From: Octopus sinensis
Lineage: Eukaryota
DNA: 64,000 bases
Direction of reading: 5' to 3'
Assembly (NCBI RefSeq): GCF_006345805.1
Contig: NW_021833753.1
Location: forward strand, 7,263 to 71,262
A program made the translations under genes and the position numbers. The notes under the pieces were generated by a model that was not told the origin of the DNA, ran no database searches, and saw only the letters and a list, made by a program, of their open reading frames with translations. Positions 1-13,556 of this stretch are shown piece after piece; position 1 is the first letter of the stretch; every line of letters starts with the position of its first letter.

Positions 1-491
1 TAGGAAAGTTAGCTGTAACTACATTTTAGTGTGACGTAATTCCATCTCATCCTCTTAGTTCTGCATTCGTATCTTTAGGCGCTTTTGAATAGTGAAACAT
101 CCAATGTTTTGCACCAGGTATGGGCTCTTTTTTCCGAAAAGCAGTCTGGCTTATTATCAGGCCAGTTACGCTACTACAAAAGCTATTCCGAAGGTTCCAC
201 AGGCGAAGGTTGCTCAGGATCTTTTTTACATTGTTTAAATGGTTCGATTTTACTCCTTTCCAAATCCGTCTTCAGATTATCTTTCAACCATTTCTAGAAC
301 TGAGAGAAAACCATTTGCATCATATCACCGAATTTTTTTCTCTAGATAGTCATGATTATAACATAACTAAAAGTGACGAGCTGGACAATGTACTTAGCGG
401 TATTTCGTCTGTCTCTTTATTCTTATTTCACATCTGCTGATGTAGACTTTGCTACAATAAGTACCAGTCGAACACTGGCGTGGATGTAATC

Positions 492-905
492 AAAGAAAGG
501 CTCAAGATGCTCGACCTTTATTCTCTAGAAAAACGACGACGCCGTGGTGATCTCATTCTTGCTCACAACATCATAAGCGGAAAGTGTAACCTCTCGAAAG
601 AGCTGTTCTTCACTCCTGCTCCAGAGCGTCGGCTGCGGGGTCACTCCGAAAAGCTCTATCTGCGACGATTTCATCTCAATCGAAGCAGAGGGGCTTTCTC
701 TGTCCAGGTTGCGGATCCGTGGAATAAGCTGCGGGACGACATAGTGAAGATGCCGACGATCGCTCGGTTCAAAGTCTCTCTTGACCAGAAATGGCCTGGA
801 CTCTTTGCATGAACACCCTCCCTGTACATAACTCCATGTCCCCCTACATGGCCTTGCTTTTTGCTTTTTGAGCCAAAAAATTAACTTAACTTAACTTAAC
901 TAACT
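492..905 (+). mobile_element. CR1/L2-group LINE, 5'-truncated 3' end (ORF2 C-terminus, 3' UTR and (TTAAC)n tail)
   Basis: Translation SLEKRRRRGDLILAHNII...RLRGHSEKL...FSVQVADPWNKL...FKVSLD matches the conserved CR1 ORF2 C-terminal motif series. It ends in TTAACTTAACTTAACTTAAC (881-900) and interrupts a decayed SINE (gtaccagtcgaacactggcgtggatgtaatc | ...aaaatttcaggccttg). Confidence 0.85.
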
Positions 906-949
906 AGGCCCTTTTTCCTAAAATTTCAGGCCTTGTCTTTATGGTATTA

Positions 950-1125
950 GGAGTGAGGTACTGGCAGAATCGTTAGTGCCCCAGACAAAGTACTTAACAC
1001 CATTCCTTACGTCTTTACATTCTGAATTCGAATTCCACCTACCTAAGTCACCTTTACCTTTCATCCTTACACGGTCTATTAAATACCGGTTGAGCACTGG
1101 AGAGGATTTAATCGATTCATCTCAT
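950..1125 (+). mobile_element. Decayed tRNA-derived SINE, family A
   Basis: Degenerate match to the family A head (ctggcagaatcgttag) and body (tttcatcc...taccggttgagcactgg...atcga) seen intact at 58418. Confidence 0.6.
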
Positions 1126-1427
1126 CCTTAAAAAGCAAACTTTCAGGCCAGAAAAGATCATTGAAGGCAGCGAGGTGATAGAATCGTTAGAACATGGAAC
1201 AAAATGCTTAGCACCATTTCGTCCGTCTTTTCTCCTCATCCCAAATTTCAGGCCTTCTGCGAATCGTAGAAAGAATTATAACATAACTGGCCGAAGAGTA
1301 TAAGATGGCTGAACCAGACCATCTTACTTCGAGCAATAGGTGTTCACTATCATATAACTGGAGTAAACAACGTTGCCATGAGAGGAGCACTCTCTACCTA
1401 CAGCGTGATAGGAAATGTATCTGTTTA

Positions 1428-1650
1428 CAGTAATCCCTCGCCATATCACGATTCACATATCGCGGTTTATTATTTAAGCTTACGTCGATTCCTCCGTGAT
1501 GTTGTTTTGCATTTATAATAAAATAAATATACAAAAATTATAAAGATAATCAAAAAACATATACAGTACAGTACTATTTCTACTTCGCGGATTTTCAACT
1601 ATCGCGGGATACTTTGGAACGTAAAATGCGCGATAGTCGAGCGATTATTG
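1428..1650. mobile_element. Tigger/pogo-like MITE (223 bp)
   Basis: Imperfect ~22-bp TIRs CAGTAATCCCTCGCCATATCACG / CGCGATAGTCGAGCGATTATTG, flanked by TA on both sides (1426-1427, 1651-1652). Confidence 0.75.
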
Positions 1651-2569
1651 TATTCCTGTATAGAAGGGATACAATATAGCTGCTGTTACTGCACCGAAGA
1701 CTTATTTACGATTCATATAAGTGTACGTATGTAACTGTGCATGTGTGCGTAAATGTGTGTGTGCGTACTTGATAATCCAGTCACCTCAGTGACTGATTTA
1801 TGAGTTACTCCGTAAGTGTAAGTGTAAGTTTGTCCCTGTATGTATGAGGGAGCATGTTTTAGTACAGAGTAATTAAAGCGTGTGTGAAACTATATTCCAG
1901 CGTGGGTATCAGCGTATAGAGACATGTGTATCTAAATGTATGAGTGATACGTGTTCAGAGAATAAGACAAGCCTCACCTCCTTACCTTATTCACATACAC
2001 ACACACACACAAGCATACACACACGCACACACATATAAACTGTCACATATAAAGTGTCACATTCTATAACTAATTGCTACGTGTCTTCTGTTATCTGTGC
2101 TACAACGAAAACGAATGCTATGAAGGACTATATTACGGGTTTTTCCTCACACTCTTCTTCCCATCACTTACGCTCATATTTCGCCCACTTACTTTCGCTC
2201 CATCTCCCTCTAACTCTCCCCCTCATTTCATTACAAAGTATATTACTTTGAAAATTAAATTATTGAATGTCATGTTGGGAAAATTATCTGAAATGATATT
2301 GTATGTTTTATTCCATCATTAAATTTCCAACAAATGGCCATTTTCTATATTGATATATAAAGCCGTTTGCATCAGTTGTTGCCAACAGAGCTTAAATGTA
2401 TATTATGATTTAGAAAACTGAGGTTGAGTTTCGTATATGTGTGTGAGTGAGTTTAGGGGTGGTGAGGTGGGCTAAGGGCTAGAAGAAGCCATAATGTTCA
2501 CATCAACATAAACCATGTACTTGAATGTTTTTAAATTCATTTCCTGCACGAAATTACAATTTGTTCCAC

Positions 2570-2615
<46 letters not shown>

Positions 2616-2638
2616 CATTATTATTATTATTACTATTA

Positions 2639-2677
<39 letters not shown>

Positions 2678-2686
2678 CATTATTAA

Positions 2687-2724
<38 letters not shown>

Positions 2725-2800
2725 TATTGTTGTTTTGTTGTTGTATTATTATTATTATGGTATCATCATCATCATCATCATCATCATCATTATTATTATA
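2570..2800. repeat. (ATT)n/(ATC)n microsatellite
   Basis: Directly visible trinucleotide runs. Confidence 0.95.
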
Positions 2801-3029
2801 GTAGGCTTCTTTCTATAATGCTATAGTATGTATGTCGGTGTTTGTTTACATTTGTCTTCGAAACAGACTTCCAGTAGAACCCGCCACTGCCAAACACTAC
2901 CAACAGTAACTGCCTCCAACCCACCAGCACCAGTATCACCATCACCATCACCGCCGCGAACAATGGTTTTATAATTTCTACAGGTAATGTCCTTCTAAAC
3001 CCGTCGTACTTGAGGCAATAAGATAAATC

Positions 3030-3281
3030 ATTCTTCTTCTTCTTCTTCTTCTTCTTCTTCTTCTTCTCTTCTTCTTCTTCTTCTTCTTCTTCTTTTTCTT
3101 TTTCTTTTTCTTCTTCTTCTTTTTCTTCTTATTCTTCCTCTTCTTCTTCTTCTTCTTCTTCTTCTTCTTCTTCTTCTTCTTCTTCTTCTTCTCCTTCTTC
3201 TTCCTATTACTACACTTTCTATCATTATCATTGTTATTTTTATTAATATTACTGTTATTATTATTATTACTATTATTATTA

Positions 3282-3313
<32 letters not shown>

Positions 3314-3516
3314 CATTATTGTTGTTGTTGTTGTTGTATTATTCATTCTTCTTATTATTATTAACACAATTTTCCTATTATTACCATCTTTATCATCATC
3401 ATTATTATCATCATCGTCATGGTCATCATCTTTTCGTCATCATCATCACCACCACACCACCACCACCACCACCACCACCATCATCATCATCACCACCATC
3501 ATCATCATCATCATCG

Positions 3517-3551
<35 letters not shown>

Positions 3552-3552
3552 G
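3030..3552. repeat. Compound microsatellite (CTT)n-(ATT)n-(CAT)n-(CAC)n
   Basis: Directly visible; it explains the poly-K/R/I/H ORFs here. Confidence 0.95.
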
Positions 3553-4384
3553 TCGTGAACATTGTTTTGTGTACGTTTCGGTTATGGCTTCGGAAATAAC
3601 TTGAAGTGGTGAGGATGGTGGTCGTATGAGTGTGTGTGTGTGAATTGTGGTGGTGGTGGTTGTGCTATGTGAAAATAAAATAAATACACATTATTTTGGC
3701 TTTTGTAACATAACAGGGGTATTTATAAAGATATTATTGTGGTTAGTTCAAAATGCCAAACTAATAACGTAAGACGTAGGACGGAAATAAGGAAGGCCTA
3801 TTATTTGATAATTTTATAGCTTCTATTAAATGCTTGAGTATAATTTTCACTTAGCCTCTTGAGGACTGCATGCATATAGACACATTGTAGCACATATACA
3901 TATTTAAACACCAAAACACACATATGTTAGATATATACATAAGTATGCGTATATGTATTAAATATATATACATAAATATTTTATATCAATATAATTAATT
4001 TTTATATGGTTTCTAACAAAATTTGTTAACAATAGAATCGTTGGTCAAGGTTTTATAACTATAGGCCACGTACTGTTCGTTTTATTTATTTATTTATTTG
4101 TAGCGGCAATAGTGGGAAGCGGCAAGGAAGTACTTGCACGTAGGAAGTGGCAAGGAAGTGTTTGCACTTCAGTGAGGAACAAATATCTCAATGTATCCGT
4201 TGAAAACATTGCCTTGAGTTCCACTGGCTTCACGTCCTCACATAAAGGATCCAAATTATGAAAACGTGCGCAATGGTTTGTGTATATGATACACACAAAC
4301 ACACACACGCACACTAACACACAGACACACAGACAAACCTCACACGGTACACACGGACACACATTTCTCGTTTGCATTTAGGTT

Positions 4385-4932
4385 TGCTGGACCACAGCCT
4401 TTAGTCGAACAAATACACCCCAGGACTTATTTTTTGTAAGTCTAGTACTTATTCTATCGGTCTCTTTCGGCGGTTGTCAAACGATGATGGGGACAAACAC
4501 AAACACACACACACGCACACAGACACTTACACATACACACAGACCCGGGCTTCTTTCAATTTCTATCAATTCCACTCACTAAGCCTTGGAAAGCCTGAGG
4601 CTATAGTAGAAAACACGGCGAGCTGGCAGAAACGTTAGCACGCCGGGCGAAATGCGTAGCCGTATTGCGTCTGCCGTTACGTTCTGAGTTCAGATTCCGC
4701 CGAGGTCGACTTTGCCATTCATCCTTTCGGGATCGATAAATTAAGTACCAGTTACGCACTGGGGTCAATGTAATCAACTTAATCCGTTTGTCTGTCCTTG
4801 TTTGTCCCCTCTGTGTTTAGCCCCTTGTGGGTAGTAAAGAAATATATTGTAGAAAACACTTGACCAATGTGCTCAAAGTGGAACTGAACCCGAAACTGTG
4901 TTGTTGGGAAACAAGCATCTTACCACACAGCC
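4385..4932 (-). mobile_element. SINE family B (CORE-like octopus OR-type), interrupted by a family A SINE
   Basis: Matches family B copies at 11117-11521 and 52600-53053; split at 4616/4849. Confidence 0.75.
4617..4848 (+). mobile_element. Full-length SINE family A with 11-bp target-site duplication
   Basis: ggcgagctggcagaaacgttagcacgccgggcg...gtagtaaagaaata; TSD GTAGAAAACAC at 4606-4616 and 4849-4859. Confidence 0.9.
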
Positions 4933-5453
4933 AGTTATTATTATTATTAAAGTTGTCTTTCATTTAAATAATTTCACATATTTATTTATACTGTGTACTT
5001 TTATTCTCAGATATGTTTCAGCCCCATGGCTGCGACCATGCTGGGGCATCGCTCGTATATATTTATCATTTTATACATCCTCCTACTCACACGGAGTCAC
5101 ACACATGCACACAATCACTCACACACGCACACATAGTCACATACACACATGCATGCAAACACATGTGTTAGTATGTGTCTAGAGAAGTTCGTCGGCGTTC
5201 TAGTCTATCACATTCCCCGCACAAATAATTTCCGAACACGAAGCTATGATGTGATGGAATCCGCCCCACTCACCTCGAACTGCGACGCAGTAGGAATGGC
5301 CTTTGAAACCTCGTATTGTCTGCAAGATAATCGTGTCAACCATCAATCCATGACTGCGCTTATTTATAAAGACGCACGCAAAGGAAAACAACAATAGCAA
5401 CAAGAATATTCTAAGACTGTTGTGGTAATATAAAGATAATGGAAGTGTGTATG

Positions 5454-5506
<53 letters not shown>

Positions 5507-5989
5507 TTCAAAACTAAACGTATAAAAGTATTAAAATTGTTGAAAGTATTTCATAGGTGCATATATGACCGTACTCGGTAGAGGGTCCGATGAAATATTT
5601 TGCAGTATTTAGTAAAGTCCGTCAACATTGGGGAATAATTAGTAGGTCGTATCGTTATTTTACCCTTGTGAATAGTGAAAAGTGCTGGTTAGTTACCAGA
5701 GTCAAAAGAGCTTTCACGTAGTTATCCTGACAGTAATCTTCCTGGTTCACCAATCTGTGTGTTCAAATCTCAACCTGGCCTACATTTTATTAGTTTTATC
5801 ATAGGTGGAGAGATGGGAAGAGTCGTTAATACATCGGAGAAAATTTTTACCGCATTTTGTCTGGCCCTCACGTTCTGAGTTCAGAGTCCACCGCGGTCGA
5901 CTTTGCATTTCATTTCTTTCGGTGTCAGGTATTTGTGTGTGTGGGGGATGTGCCGTTGCAGCGCGTTACGGTTTTCACCATTTGTTGGT

Positions 5990-6620
5990 ATATTCTCGGG
6001 TTCCCCCGGTAGTCCATCGAGCAGGGTCCCAGCCAGCCCTCATCTCCGTGAGATACGTTCTCATATGACAGGACCTTGTGGCACGTTGTCCACCAACATG
6101 AGCTGTCAAGCCAGCCGGTAAATTGAGCAACATGGCCAAAGAGCCTGTGTTGGCACTCCCGTGTCGTACAAGTTGCAGGGTGCATTCCAATGATTGAGTA
6201 GTGTCGTTGATTGGATAAAAGATCCCACCAATGGTAACCCATAATTCTGCGATGCATCCTGGTTCTAAAGGAGGTCGGGCAGCTCTTAAGGACCCAGGAA
6301 ATGTCCAAGTCACACCTGTAAAGAAGGATAGAAAATACCGCCGACCTAAAGACCCAAATCTTTGCCCTCCTACACAGATATTAGCAGCGACAAAGACCCT
6401 TCAGCATTGTGTCCATCACTACACCAGGTCGTTTAAGTCATTTTAGGACTTCCGACTCACGGCTAATGCCGTTGCCAGTCTCAGCGGCGAGGTAAGTGAA
6501 GCGGTCATTAAATTCAACATATCCACCCATCACAGAAACTGACGCAGTGGAATCCTCCAAGAAGTCACCGAAGGGGAAAGATCTTTGTCTTCGCTCAAGA
6601 GAGAATAACAACGAAGGGTT
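5990..6620 (-). mobile_element. Degenerate RTE-clade LINE fragment (RT C-terminal region)
   Basis: Frameshifted pieces YVEFNDRFTYL..., RRIMGYHWWDLLSNQR and RECQHRLFGHVAQF resemble the RTE motifs VxxFxYLGS, RRIxGxxWxDxVSN and LRLFGHVAR. Confidence 0.7.
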
Positions 6621-6759
6621 CCGCTTCTTGCAGGCAATATGCGGTTTCAAAGGGATTGATGAAGTAATTACCTGTTAAGTACTGTGATACATGAGATTGA
6701 CTAGCGCCCTCCCTCAACAGTTCAGGCCTTGAGACTATACTAGAAAAGATTATTATCAT

Positions 6760-6877
6760 TTTCTTCTCTTCTTCTTCTTCTTCTTCTTCTTCTCTTCTTC
6801 TTCTTCTTCTTCTTCTTTCTTCTTCTTCTTCTTCTTCTTCTTCTTTCTTCTCTTCTTCTTCTTCTTTCTTCTTCTTC

Positions 6878-6954
<77 letters not shown>

Positions 6955-6955
6955 T
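6760..6955. repeat. (CTT)n-(ATT)n compound microsatellite
   Basis: Directly visible. Confidence 0.95.
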
Positions 6956-8713
6956 TAGGCAGACTCATTAGCATGCTACGCGAAATGCCTTTCATCATTT
7001 CGGGGTCGATAAATTAAGTACCAGTTAAATACTGGGATCAACGTGATCGACTGCCCCTCCCCACAAAATGCAGACATTGTGCCTATATTAGAAAGACTAA
7101 TAATAATTATTAGTCTCAGCGGTGGTGCCCCAGCATGGCCGCGGCCTTCGGGCTAAACATTTTTAAGGATTTTAAGGATAGGAGCTGCACCAACACAATC
7201 ATTTGCCCATCGGTGAAAAGTCTTAGCGACGAATAGTTTGACTCATTACGTTCTGGGTTCACATTCTGCAGGGGGTCAGCTTTGCCGCTCATATCTTCAG
7301 GACAATTAAGCAAATACCAGCCATGTAATTGACTTGCTCTTACTAATTAACAAAAATAGGTGGAATTGAACAAGAATGAGACAGAAAAAAATCGATAGAC
7401 CTGTTACTGTTTGGATGCTGGCAGAATAGTTAATGCATCGGATAAGATGCTTCGCAAATTTTCTTCCGATTTCGTACGTTATAATGTCTAATTCAGCTGA
7501 GGTCCGTTTTGCATGTTTTTGTTCGAGATCGATAAAATAAAGTACCATGCTAGCACTAGGACCGATGCAATCGACTAACAGCTTCTAAAATTGGTTGCTT
7601 TGTGCCAAAATTTGAAACCGCCATTGTAGTGGGCAATCTGGAATGCATCATTATAGGAGATGAGTTACAATGTTAGAAACGTTGTTCCGCGGTGTTGGTT
7701 CCGAATTTTAATCATTTTGCTGTTCTGCGTTGAACTCCTATCAAGCTCATCTTTACCTTTCTCCGTTCAGGGAACGCTAAAAGCAAGTCCCAATCAAGTA
7801 CTGTGTGTGACTCCTATGTAAATTTGAAGCTTTGCGTTTTTGTAAGAAATCAATATTCGATAGCTTAAAAATGTCCATTAGAAATTTCAGATCTTATATT
7901 CGAAGCCGCTTGAAATTGTATTCCTTTTTCGATATCACATATTGAATGTATGTTACCAAACGCTACAAATCTGCAGTGTTTCATCTAAGGGAGATTACTT
8001 CACAGCATATCACCCAGAGAATCGCAACGAATTCCTCCCGGAAATAAAACGCGTGTCACAGATGACAATATTTTTCGGTCATTTCCTCTATTCAGTGTCA
8101 TATATGCACCGCCAACCAAATGTGTCTATACCAATGCCGTAAAATATATTTGCTGATGAGAAAAATCATCTGACGAGGTAGACAAAATTCAACTTTTGCA
8201 TTCGTAGCCGGTTAATAATGTAAATAGTATCAACATCACATATTTAATGTATTTGTTAGAAAACGCGGCAAAATTGAGGCATTTCGTCAAAGGTAGTCTC
8301 ATTTAAATACGTATCTTATTAAAAAACGATACGTCTTTCCTTGAACGAAATAGCGCATCACGGTAGCGTTCACTAATGCATATACATTAAATATGAGATA
8401 TTGATAATGTACTCTATATGTTTATCTCGCGAAGGTGATGGTGTGAGGTTAAGAATAAAGAGTATCAACTGCATGGTTTCGTTTTCGAATTGTATGTATG
8501 TAGACGTTGTGTGTATGCGTGTATGCGGCTGTCTGTGTGACTGTATGTATGGTATGTGTGAGTGTGTGTGTACCACTCAATTTGATAATGTGATATCATG
8601 TATATTTCTATGCAGTCGAACACGCATTGCGCTTACATGGAAGTGAAGCGAAAGCAGCAAGTGTTTGATGCATCAATAACAGCAGGTACGGTAGCAGTAG
8701 CAGCGGAGGTAGA

Positions 8714-8746
<33 letters not shown>

Positions 8747-8974
8747 ATCATCAGCAACAACAATAGCGGGAGACCACCAGCGTATCTTGCTAAATTAATA
8801 ATGGCAAATTGAGACGTTAATTATGAACATCTGTGAGGCTAATTAGTAAATATTAAAGAAAACGGCAACCGTCATAACGACAACAAAAGCAATAAAAATG
8901 CAAAGAAGAAAATACACGGCTACAAAAATAATGTATTAATAAATGCATACACACATATACAGCCATCCATCCAT

Positions 8975-8978
8975 ATAC

Positions 8979-9016
<38 letters not shown>

Positions 9017-9071
9017 TATAAAAAAAATATATATACATATATATATATACTACACAACACACATATATATT

Positions 9072-9103
<32 letters not shown>

Positions 9104-9281
9104 GTTCTATCAATGTATATATGTATATATATATATGTGTGTATACATATATCATGAAAGTGTATATATATACATATATAGATACATATTTATAATTATA
9201 TCTATATAAGTATATATATATATGAATGTGTATATATTTATACATATATATATATACACACACACATATATATATACATAT

Positions 9282-9313
<32 letters not shown>

Positions 9314-9468
9314 ATTCTATAAATGTTATATATGTGTGTGCGTGTGTTTGCATGAATGTAATACACGCATAAATATTTACATATAATGTATATATACATT
9401 ATGTGTATGTATACAATATATGTATATTTATATATGTATGTAGGTATGTATACATATATAACTACATA

Positions 9469-9511
<43 letters not shown>

Positions 9512-9540
9512 TATATATATATATATATATAAAATATATA
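8975..9540. repeat. Degenerate (TA)n/(CA)n tract
   Basis: Directly visible. Confidence 0.9.
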
Positions 9541-9721
9541 GACATAAATGTGTGTGTGAGTGTGTATAGAATCATTAAGTAGGAAAAGTAATCAACGACA
9601 ACGTTTTAGTTATTGTTGTTGCCGTTGTTGTCATTATAGTAAGGTGTTGTTGTTGCTGTCGCCGTAACTGTTACAACAATGTGCTAAGTGTGAAGACACC
9701 AATAACATGTGAGACAAACAT

Positions 9722-9868
9722 TACAACCACCACCACCACATTCACCACCAGCACCACCACCAATACAACGACGACGACGACGACCACCACCACCACTGCC
9801 ACTACCACCACCACAACCACCACCAAACCACTACCAATAACATCAACAACAATAGTACATTGCTCTAA

Positions 9869-9907
<39 letters not shown>

Positions 9908-9926
9908 CACTACCACCACCACCACC

Positions 9927-9961
<35 letters not shown>

Positions 9962-10054
9962 CGCTGCCACCACCAATACCACCGCCGCCGCCGCCGCCAC
10001 CACCACCACCATCGCCACTTCCAGCACCATCACCACAACTACTACCACCACCAT

Positions 10055-10124
<70 letters not shown>

Positions 10125-10125
10125 G
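9722..10125. repeat. (ACC)n/(ACT)n compound microsatellite
   Basis: Directly visible; source of the poly-Thr/poly-Val ORFs. Confidence 0.95.
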
Positions 10126-10592
10126 GAGTGGCGATAAGATATGGCGACGACGATGTCCTTATTAATAATACGAATAGAATCCGTAGAAAAGACGAATGAA
10201 TAAAGCAGCGATAGTTTCAACTTGATCCCTCGGTCTGTTTGAAAATAGCGGTGAAATCCCATTAAATGCATCCGTTATAGGTAGGGCCTCCTGTGGTCAA
10301 AGTTGAACTGACTATCTACACGCAACTGTGCAGGCCTGGGCGAAGTTTGTAGTGGCGTATGCGAGCAAAACTCTTATCAATGCCACCGATGCTTATCCAA
10401 GAGAAATGTCGCCGATTGAGGCCGATACAACTTAGCGCCAGTGTCAAGGAAGATGGTGTGGTCGAACGCACAATCTTGGGTTGCAATCCCTTAAGGCATC
10501 TGCGCTTGACATTTAACACTCTTGTCAGCTAACACCTGTATATATATATACAACCGGCTTCCTTCAGTTTCCGTCTACCGAATTCACTCACT

Positions 10593-10703
10593 ATAGCCCA
10601 AGGCTTAGTAGAAGACACTTGCCCAAGTGCAACGCAGTGGGACTGAACCCGAAAACATGTGGTTGGTAAGCAAGCTACTTACCACACAGCCACTCCTGCG
10701 CCT
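10593..10703 (-). mobile_element. SINE family B, 5' portion
   Basis: Reverse strand reads ggcgcaggagtggctgtgtggtaagtagcttgcttaccaaccacatg...ttcagtcccactgcg. Confidence 0.8.
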
Positions 10704-10719
10704 ATATATATATATATAT

Positions 10720-10765
<46 letters not shown>

Positions 10766-10784
10766 CATATATATATATATAAAT

Positions 10785-11064
10785 TTAAAATTAAGGATAA
10801 AAATCTTATAAAGAATTATCAGTAGTTAGCGTGAAAAACCTCGTAAGAGAAAAAGTCTGTAAATTTTTTCCACTTTGAATATTTATTTATATTATATAGG
10901 GGTAGTATTATTCATAGGTACCGCACGCTGGAGGGAATCTTAAGGAAGCTGGTATGTATGGGCGACTGCTGTTCTTCATTAAAACAACCTTCGCTGGAAC
11001 TGTGCCTTGGAGGTTAACATTCAGGCGCAATCCCATGGTCATTCATGAACGAAGGGGTCTTAAC

Positions 11065-11068
<4 letters not shown>
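10785..11068. mobile_element. Unclassified ~280-bp element embedded in (TA)n
   Basis: Complex sequence bounded on both sides by pure TA runs; no ORF or TIR recognised. Confidence 0.35.
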
Positions 11069-11116
<48 letters not shown>

Positions 11117-11118
<2 letters not shown>

Positions 11119-11521
11119 TCTTTTACTCTTTACTCTTTTACTTGTTTCAGTCATTTGCTGCGCCATGCTGGAGCACAGCCTTTAGTCGAGCAATTCGACC
11201 CCGGGACATTCTTTTGTAAGCCATACTTATTCTATCGTTCTATTTTGCCGAAACGCTAAGTGACGAGGACGTAAACACACCCGCATCGGTTGTCAAGCAA
11301 TGCTAGGGGGACAAACACAAACACACAAACACATATTATGTATATATACATATATACGACAGGCTTCTTTCAGTTTCCGTCTACCAAATCCACTCACGAG
11401 GCATTGGTCAGCCCGGGGCTATAGCAGAAGACACTTCCCCAATATGCCACACACTGGGACTGAACCTGGAACCATGTGGTTGGTAAGCAAGCTACTTACC
11501 ACACAGCCACTCTTGCGCCTA
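11117..11521 (-). mobile_element. Near full-length SINE family B
   Basis: tRNA-like head with A/B-box-like motifs, internal CA tract and (GAGTAAAA)n tail (ctcttttactcttttactc on +). Confidence 0.88.
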
Positions 11522-11991
11522 TGTATATATATATGATGGGATTCTTTCAGTTTCCGTCTACCAAATCCACACACAAGGCTTTGGTAGTGGTGAGGTAGTA
11601 GAAGATACTTGTCCAAGGTTCCAGTAGGACTGATTCCGGAACCATTTCGCCTCTCTATAAATAACACACACATACACGCATCTTTTTTGCTTTTGTGTTT
11701 GGCTGCTAGAACAGCTTCACAAGCGGTGCTGGCTTATTTGTGTATATGTATTCCAGAGTAAGCACATAAATGTGAAACAAGTTGTGGAAAAATAGTATTA
11801 GAATACTGGAGGTAGAGTAGTATGCTATATTATTAAATCTGCAAAACATCACAAAAGACAGCTACACAGAATTTCACGTTCCCGTTCGTTGGACAGTTGT
11901 CAATCCGAATCACAACTGTCCGACGTTTATTTTTTGTGAGATATATGTGATGCCTTTGGCAGCTTTATAATAAAGTATATATGTAAATGTA

Positions 11992-12071
<80 letters not shown>

Positions 12072-12208
12072 TAGAGAGTGGTCACTATATGGCTCACTCT
12101 AGCACCAGTTAATCCAAAAGGTTTCAACCACGAAAATACATGTTTCCCATGAAAGTCAGTACGATTGTTAGCTCACACGGACAGGGCAAATAAAAAATAA
12201 CAAAAATA

Positions 12209-12304
12209 CAGATTATTTGGGACAATTGTTTCGCTATTAATGAATTAAATGTAATTTTACTTACAAAAAACATCCATTTGTAGCTCGTCAGCCAAAACTA
12301 TCTG
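12209..12304 (-). ncRNA. Type I hammerhead ribozyme motif (inverted copy)
   Basis: Reverse complement of the motif at 12925-13020: TCGTCAG at 12285-12291 and GACAATTGTTTC at 12221-12232. Confidence 0.8.
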
Positions 12305-12924
12305 GATGAAATCCACTCAATCACACGCCAGATTTTACCATAACGATAAATACGCGTGTGGTTCAATTGATTACATCCGACGTTATAATTCAAATGCCCC
12401 AACCAACAGCGCGCCAAACTTTCACGGAAAACAAATACAGCATTTAGAAATAAATGCAGCATAATTATAATTAATTAATAAGGGTGAGAGAATTAGATAC
12501 TAATTTAATAGTATATCTATGAGCTAACAATCGTACTGACTTTCATGGGAAACATGTATTTTCGTGGTTGAAACCTTTTGGATTAACTGGTGCTAGAGTG
12601 AGCCATATAGTGACCACTCTCTTATATTTATTTTGTAAAAATATTATAATATGTTATAAAATATTATAATAATCCAGGTTTCTCGGAGCACTAGGCCACT
12701 TGGTGTTGATAGATATACTATTAAATTAGTATCTAATTCTCTCACCCTTATTAATTAATTATAATTATGCTGCATTATTTCTAAATGCTGTATTTGTTTT
12801 CCGTGAAAGTTTGGCGCGCTGTTGGTTGGGGCATTTGAATTATACGTCGGATGTAATCAATTGAACCACACGCGTATTTATCGTTATGGTAAAATCTGGC
12901 GTGTGGGATTGAGTGGATTTCATC

Positions 12925-13020
12925 CAGATAGTTTTGGCTGACGAGCTACAAATGGATTTTTTTTGTAAGTAAAATTACATTTAATTCATTAATAGCGAAA
13001 CAATTGTCCCAAATAATCTG
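12925..13020 (+). ncRNA. Type I hammerhead ribozyme motif
   Basis: Stem I TTTGG/CCAAA (extendable CAGAT..ATCTG); core CTGACGA 12938-12944; stem II GCTA/TAGC with a long insert; GAAA 12997-13000; palindromic stem III ACAATTGT; GUC triplet 13006-13008. Confidence 0.85.
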
Positions 13021-13456
13021 TATTTTTGTTATTTTTTATTTGCCCTGTCCGTGTGAGCTAACAATCGTACTGACTTTCATGGGAAACATGTATTTTCGTG
13101 GTTGAAAAACCTTTTGATAACTGGTGCTAGAGTGAGCATATAGTGACCACTCCCTTATATTTATTTTGTAAAAATATTATATATGTTATAAAATATTAAT
13201 AATCCAGGTTTCTCGGAGCACTAGGCCACTCGGTGTTGAATAGATATACTATTAAATTAGTATCTAATTCTCTCACCCTTATTAATTAATTATAATTATG
13301 CTGCATTTATTTCTAAATGCTGTATTTGTTTTCCGTGAAAGTTTGGCGCGCTGTTGGTTGGGGCATTTGAATTATAACGTCGGATGTAATCAATTGAACC
13401 ACACGCGTTTTTATCGTTATGGTAAAATCTGGCGTGTGATTGAGTGGATTTCATCA

Positions 13457-13556
13457 AGATAGTTTTGGCTGACGAGCTACAAATGGATTTTTTTTTTTTG
13501 TAAGTAAAATTACATTTAATTCATTAATAGCGAAACAATTGTCCCAAAATAATCTG
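13457..13556 (+). ncRNA. Type I hammerhead ribozyme motif (second direct copy)
   Basis: CTGACGA at 13469, GCGAAACAATTGTCCCAAA at 13530-13548, GUC at 13541-13543. Confidence 0.85.

Noticed and set aside
8154-8190. CTGATGA and CTGACGA close together
   Set aside because: No stem II, GAAA or stem I can be built around either motif.
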